Source of the DNA: Terriglobales bacterium
GTDB taxonomy: Bacteria; Acidobacteriota; Terriglobia; Terriglobales; Acidobacteriaceae
NCBI GenBank assembly: GCA_041691575.1
Contig: JBEPUJ010000014.1
Coordinates: forward strand, 24,238 to 88,237
Length of the DNA: 64,000 nucleotides
Direction of reading: 5' to 3'
Below are positions 61,742-64,000 of the stretch, in pieces. Both the position numbers and the translations under genes were made by a program. How positions within the stretch are numbered: position 1 is the first letter of the stretch; each line of letters opens with the position of its first letter. The notes beneath the pieces are model-generated. The model saw only the letters and a list, made by a program, of their open reading frames with translations. It was not told the origin of the DNA and ran no database searches.

Positions 61742-62755
61742 ATGATGAGATTGAAGGTTGCGTTGCTGGCGGTGGGGATGCTGCTCTCGGGAGTGGCCGG
61801 GGCCGAGGTGTGCATGACACAGTCGCAGATGACGGCCACGGACCGCGACGGTCTGGCGGAGGCGGCGCGCGACCTGGCGACCAAGGTGCAGGCCGACGAT
61901 GTAAACGGTCTGCGGTCGGCGACGGTGGCCGAGTATGCCAATGACTTTAGCGGCATAGGGAATGTCGTGGGTCCGACCGCTGCGAAGCTGAAGGGCGGCA
62001 CGATTGTGGTGGAGCAGGTCTATCTGCTGAACGGCACGCCGTTGAAGAAGAATGCGGACGGATCGGTGCCGGACGCCCAGTTTTTCTGTTCGCTGAACCA
62101 GTCGGTCGCGGAGGTGGACTTTTTTATTCCGGGGCTCATTCCGGGGCGCTATGGATTTGCGATGGTAGAGGTGAAGGGCGCGGCGTCTCCGTGGCGGCTG
62201 TCTTTTCTGCTGCGGCAGGATCAGGGACGATGGGAGATGGCGGGCTTCTATCCCAAGGCAATGACGGCGGCGGGGCACGATGGGCTTTGGTACTGGACCC
62301 AGGCCCGGGCGATGAATACACGCAAGGAGCAATGGAATGCATGGCTCTATTATCTGCAGGCGGAAGACCTGCTGCGGCCTACTAATTTCATTCAGAGCAG
62401 CCACTTGGAGAAGCTGAAGAACGAGCAGGCCGCCGCCGCGCCCCCTGCGCTGTCGGACGGTATCCGGCCCGAGGCTCCGCTGGTGGTGAAGGGAGCGGAT
62501 GGGACGGAGTATCGATTTATCGGGCTTGGTGTCGATGACTCGCTGGGCCTGGCGAAGATCGATGTGATGGCGCATCTGAAGGTAGACCAGGTGGGAGATC
62601 CGGCTGCCGCGAAGAAGCGCAATGGAGATGCGGCGAGCGCGCTGCTGGCGGCGTATCCTGAGTTGCGCAAGGCGTTTCATGGCGTGTGGATCTTTGCCGA
62701 AGCTGCCGGGCAAAATCCATATGCGACGGAAGAGGCAATGAACGAGATTCACTAG
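61742..62755 (+). CDS. Hypothetical exported protein
   Basis: Signal peptide MMRLKVALLAVG...AEVC; long ORF. Confidence 0.7.
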   Translation: MMRLKVALLAVGMLLSGVAGAEVCMTQSQMTATDRDGLAEAARDLATKVQADDVNGLRSATVAEYANDFSGIGNVVGPTAAKLKGGTIVVEQVYLLNGTPLKKNADGSVPDAQFFCSLNQSVAEVDFFIPGLIPGRYGFAMVEVKGAASPWRLSFLLRQDQGRWEMAGFYPKAMTAAGHDGLWYWTQARAMNTRKEQWNAWLYYLQAEDLLRPTNFIQSSHLEKLKNEQAAAAPPALSDGIRPEAPLVVKGADGTEYRFIGLGVDDSLGLAKIDVMAHLKVDQVGDPAAAKKRNGDAASALLAAYPELRKAFHGVWIFAEAAGQNPYATEEAMNEIH

Positions 62756-62858
62756 CTCCGGTAGTTTTCAAATGCCAGAGCATGATTTTTGAGAGAGAAT
62801 GTTTCCGCACTGGCAGGGTTGAATTGACATCCTAATAGATGGGACGAGAAAGAGAAGG

Positions 62859-63503
62859 ATGGCAGAGATTAAGACATTGAGCGAGGCGATCGAGGGCAGG
62901 CGGGCAACGCCCAGCTTCGATGGCGAGCCGATTCCGGCGGAGGATCTGCAGCGGATTCTCGACGCGGGCCTTCATGCTCCGAGCGGCTACAACATGCAGC
63001 CATGGCGCTTTATCGTGGTGCAGTCGCCGGAGCAGAAGAAGCGGTTGCGGGGGGCAAGCTACAACCAGGGCAAGGTGGAAGAAGCGTCCGCCGTGATCGT
63101 GGCCTGCGGCGATGCGGATGGGTGGCGAAAGGATCTCGACCTGATGTTGCAACTGGGGCGCGAAGGCGGCATGCCGGAGAGCTACGCAGTGCAGGCCCAG
63201 AGCAGCGTCTTCAATTATCTTTCGAGCTTCAGCAGCGCGCAGATGCAGGCCTGGCTGAATAAACACGTGATGCTCGCCTTCACCCACATGATGCTGATGG
63301 CCGAGGTGATGGGATACGACACCGCTCCGATGGAAGGATTCGAGCAGGAGAAGGTGCATGAGGTGTTGCGCCTGCCGCTGAGCTACTGGGTGGTGGCGCT
63401 GCTCGGCATCGGCCATCTGAAGGGACCGGATAAGTTCAACGGCGGCCGCTTCGATATGGGACATACGGTGTTTGGAGAAGAGTTCGGCAAGCCGTTGAAG
63501 TGA
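62859..63503 (+). CDS. Nitroreductase family protein
   Basis: RRATPSF, APSGYNMQPWRF, PMEGF. Confidence 0.92.
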   Translation: MAEIKTLSEAIEGRRATPSFDGEPIPAEDLQRILDAGLHAPSGYNMQPWRFIVVQSPEQKKRLRGASYNQGKVEEASAVIVACGDADGWRKDLDLMLQLGREGGMPESYAVQAQSSVFNYLSSFSSAQMQAWLNKHVMLAFTHMMLMAEVMGYDTAPMEGFEQEKVHEVLRLPLSYWVVALLGIGHLKGPDKFNGGRFDMGHTVFGEEFGKPLK

Positions 63504-63525
63504 AAAGGCAGGGAGTGACAGGACG

Positions 63526-64000
63526 ATGAAGCGTGGACTTCGAGTTGTCGCTCTGCTGTTGTTGCTGTGTGTCGCGGCGGGGATCGTCTTGTATTGCTAT
63601 CCGATTCAGGTGGCGGACCGGATGCTTCGTCTCCATCTGTGGCGCGAGGGCGTACAGAGTAAATATGTCGAGGCCGGCGGATACCGGATGCACTACTTTG
63701 AAGCGCGGCCTGCGGATGGGACCGAGGGAACTCCGCTGCTGCTGATCCATGGGCTGGGCGCGCGCGGGGAGGACTGGGCGCCAATGATTCCGCCCCTAAC
63801 CGCAAAAGGGTTTCATGTGTATGCCCCGGACCTGCTGGGATATGGTCGGTCGGCGCGCCCCGATGTGAGTTACTCCATCGCGTTCGAAGAAGCGGCGGTG
63901 GTGAACTTCATGCAGGCGGTTCATCTGCCGCGAGCCGATGTCGGGGGCTGGTCGATGGGCGGCTGGGTCTCGATGAAACTGGCGCTCGATCATACTGAGA
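63526..64000 (+). CDS. Alpha/beta hydrolase (3' end outside window; not in the supplied track)
   Basis: Hand translation: LLLIHGLG, PDLLGYGRS, nucleophile elbow GWSMGG. Confidence 0.85.
   Translation, partial: MKRGLRVVALLLLLCVAAGIVLYCYPIQVADRMLRLHLWREGVQSKYVEAGGYRMHYFEARPADGTEGTPLLLIHGLGARGEDWAPMIPPLTAKGFHVYAPDLLGYGRSARPDVSYSIAFEEAAVVNFMQAVHLPRADVGGWSMGGWVSMKLALDHTE

Overview
Core-chromosome window (about 60% GC) from a bacterium whose gene set and repeats look like Acidobacteriota, family Acidobacteriaceae (inferred from family memory, not searched). Housekeeping genes: guaB, trmO, rimP-nusA-infB, ubiE/menG, aroB, nadB, tRNA-Leu(TAG), uvrC, mazG, lnt, frameshifted prfB, dsbD, pyrE, uvrA. 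The main accessory block (27.3-39.2 kb) encodes an exported phosphoesterase, a Tat-exported multicopper oxidase and a complete bc-complex plus caa3-oxidase operon with unusual active-site residues (Qo motif PDPA; all three Mg/Mn-site ligands replaced). There is no transposase, integrase or CRISPR array, but short palindromic elements are abundant. These include a 119-bp IS5-ended MITE with 4-bp target duplications that carries a REP-like double hairpin, the same hairpin core inside a second type of IS end, and a palindromic family found here only in frame inside ubiE and uvrA. Strand G/C asymmetry switches several times regardless of gene orientation, twice inside intact genes. Product calls come from motif recognition; no database search was possible.
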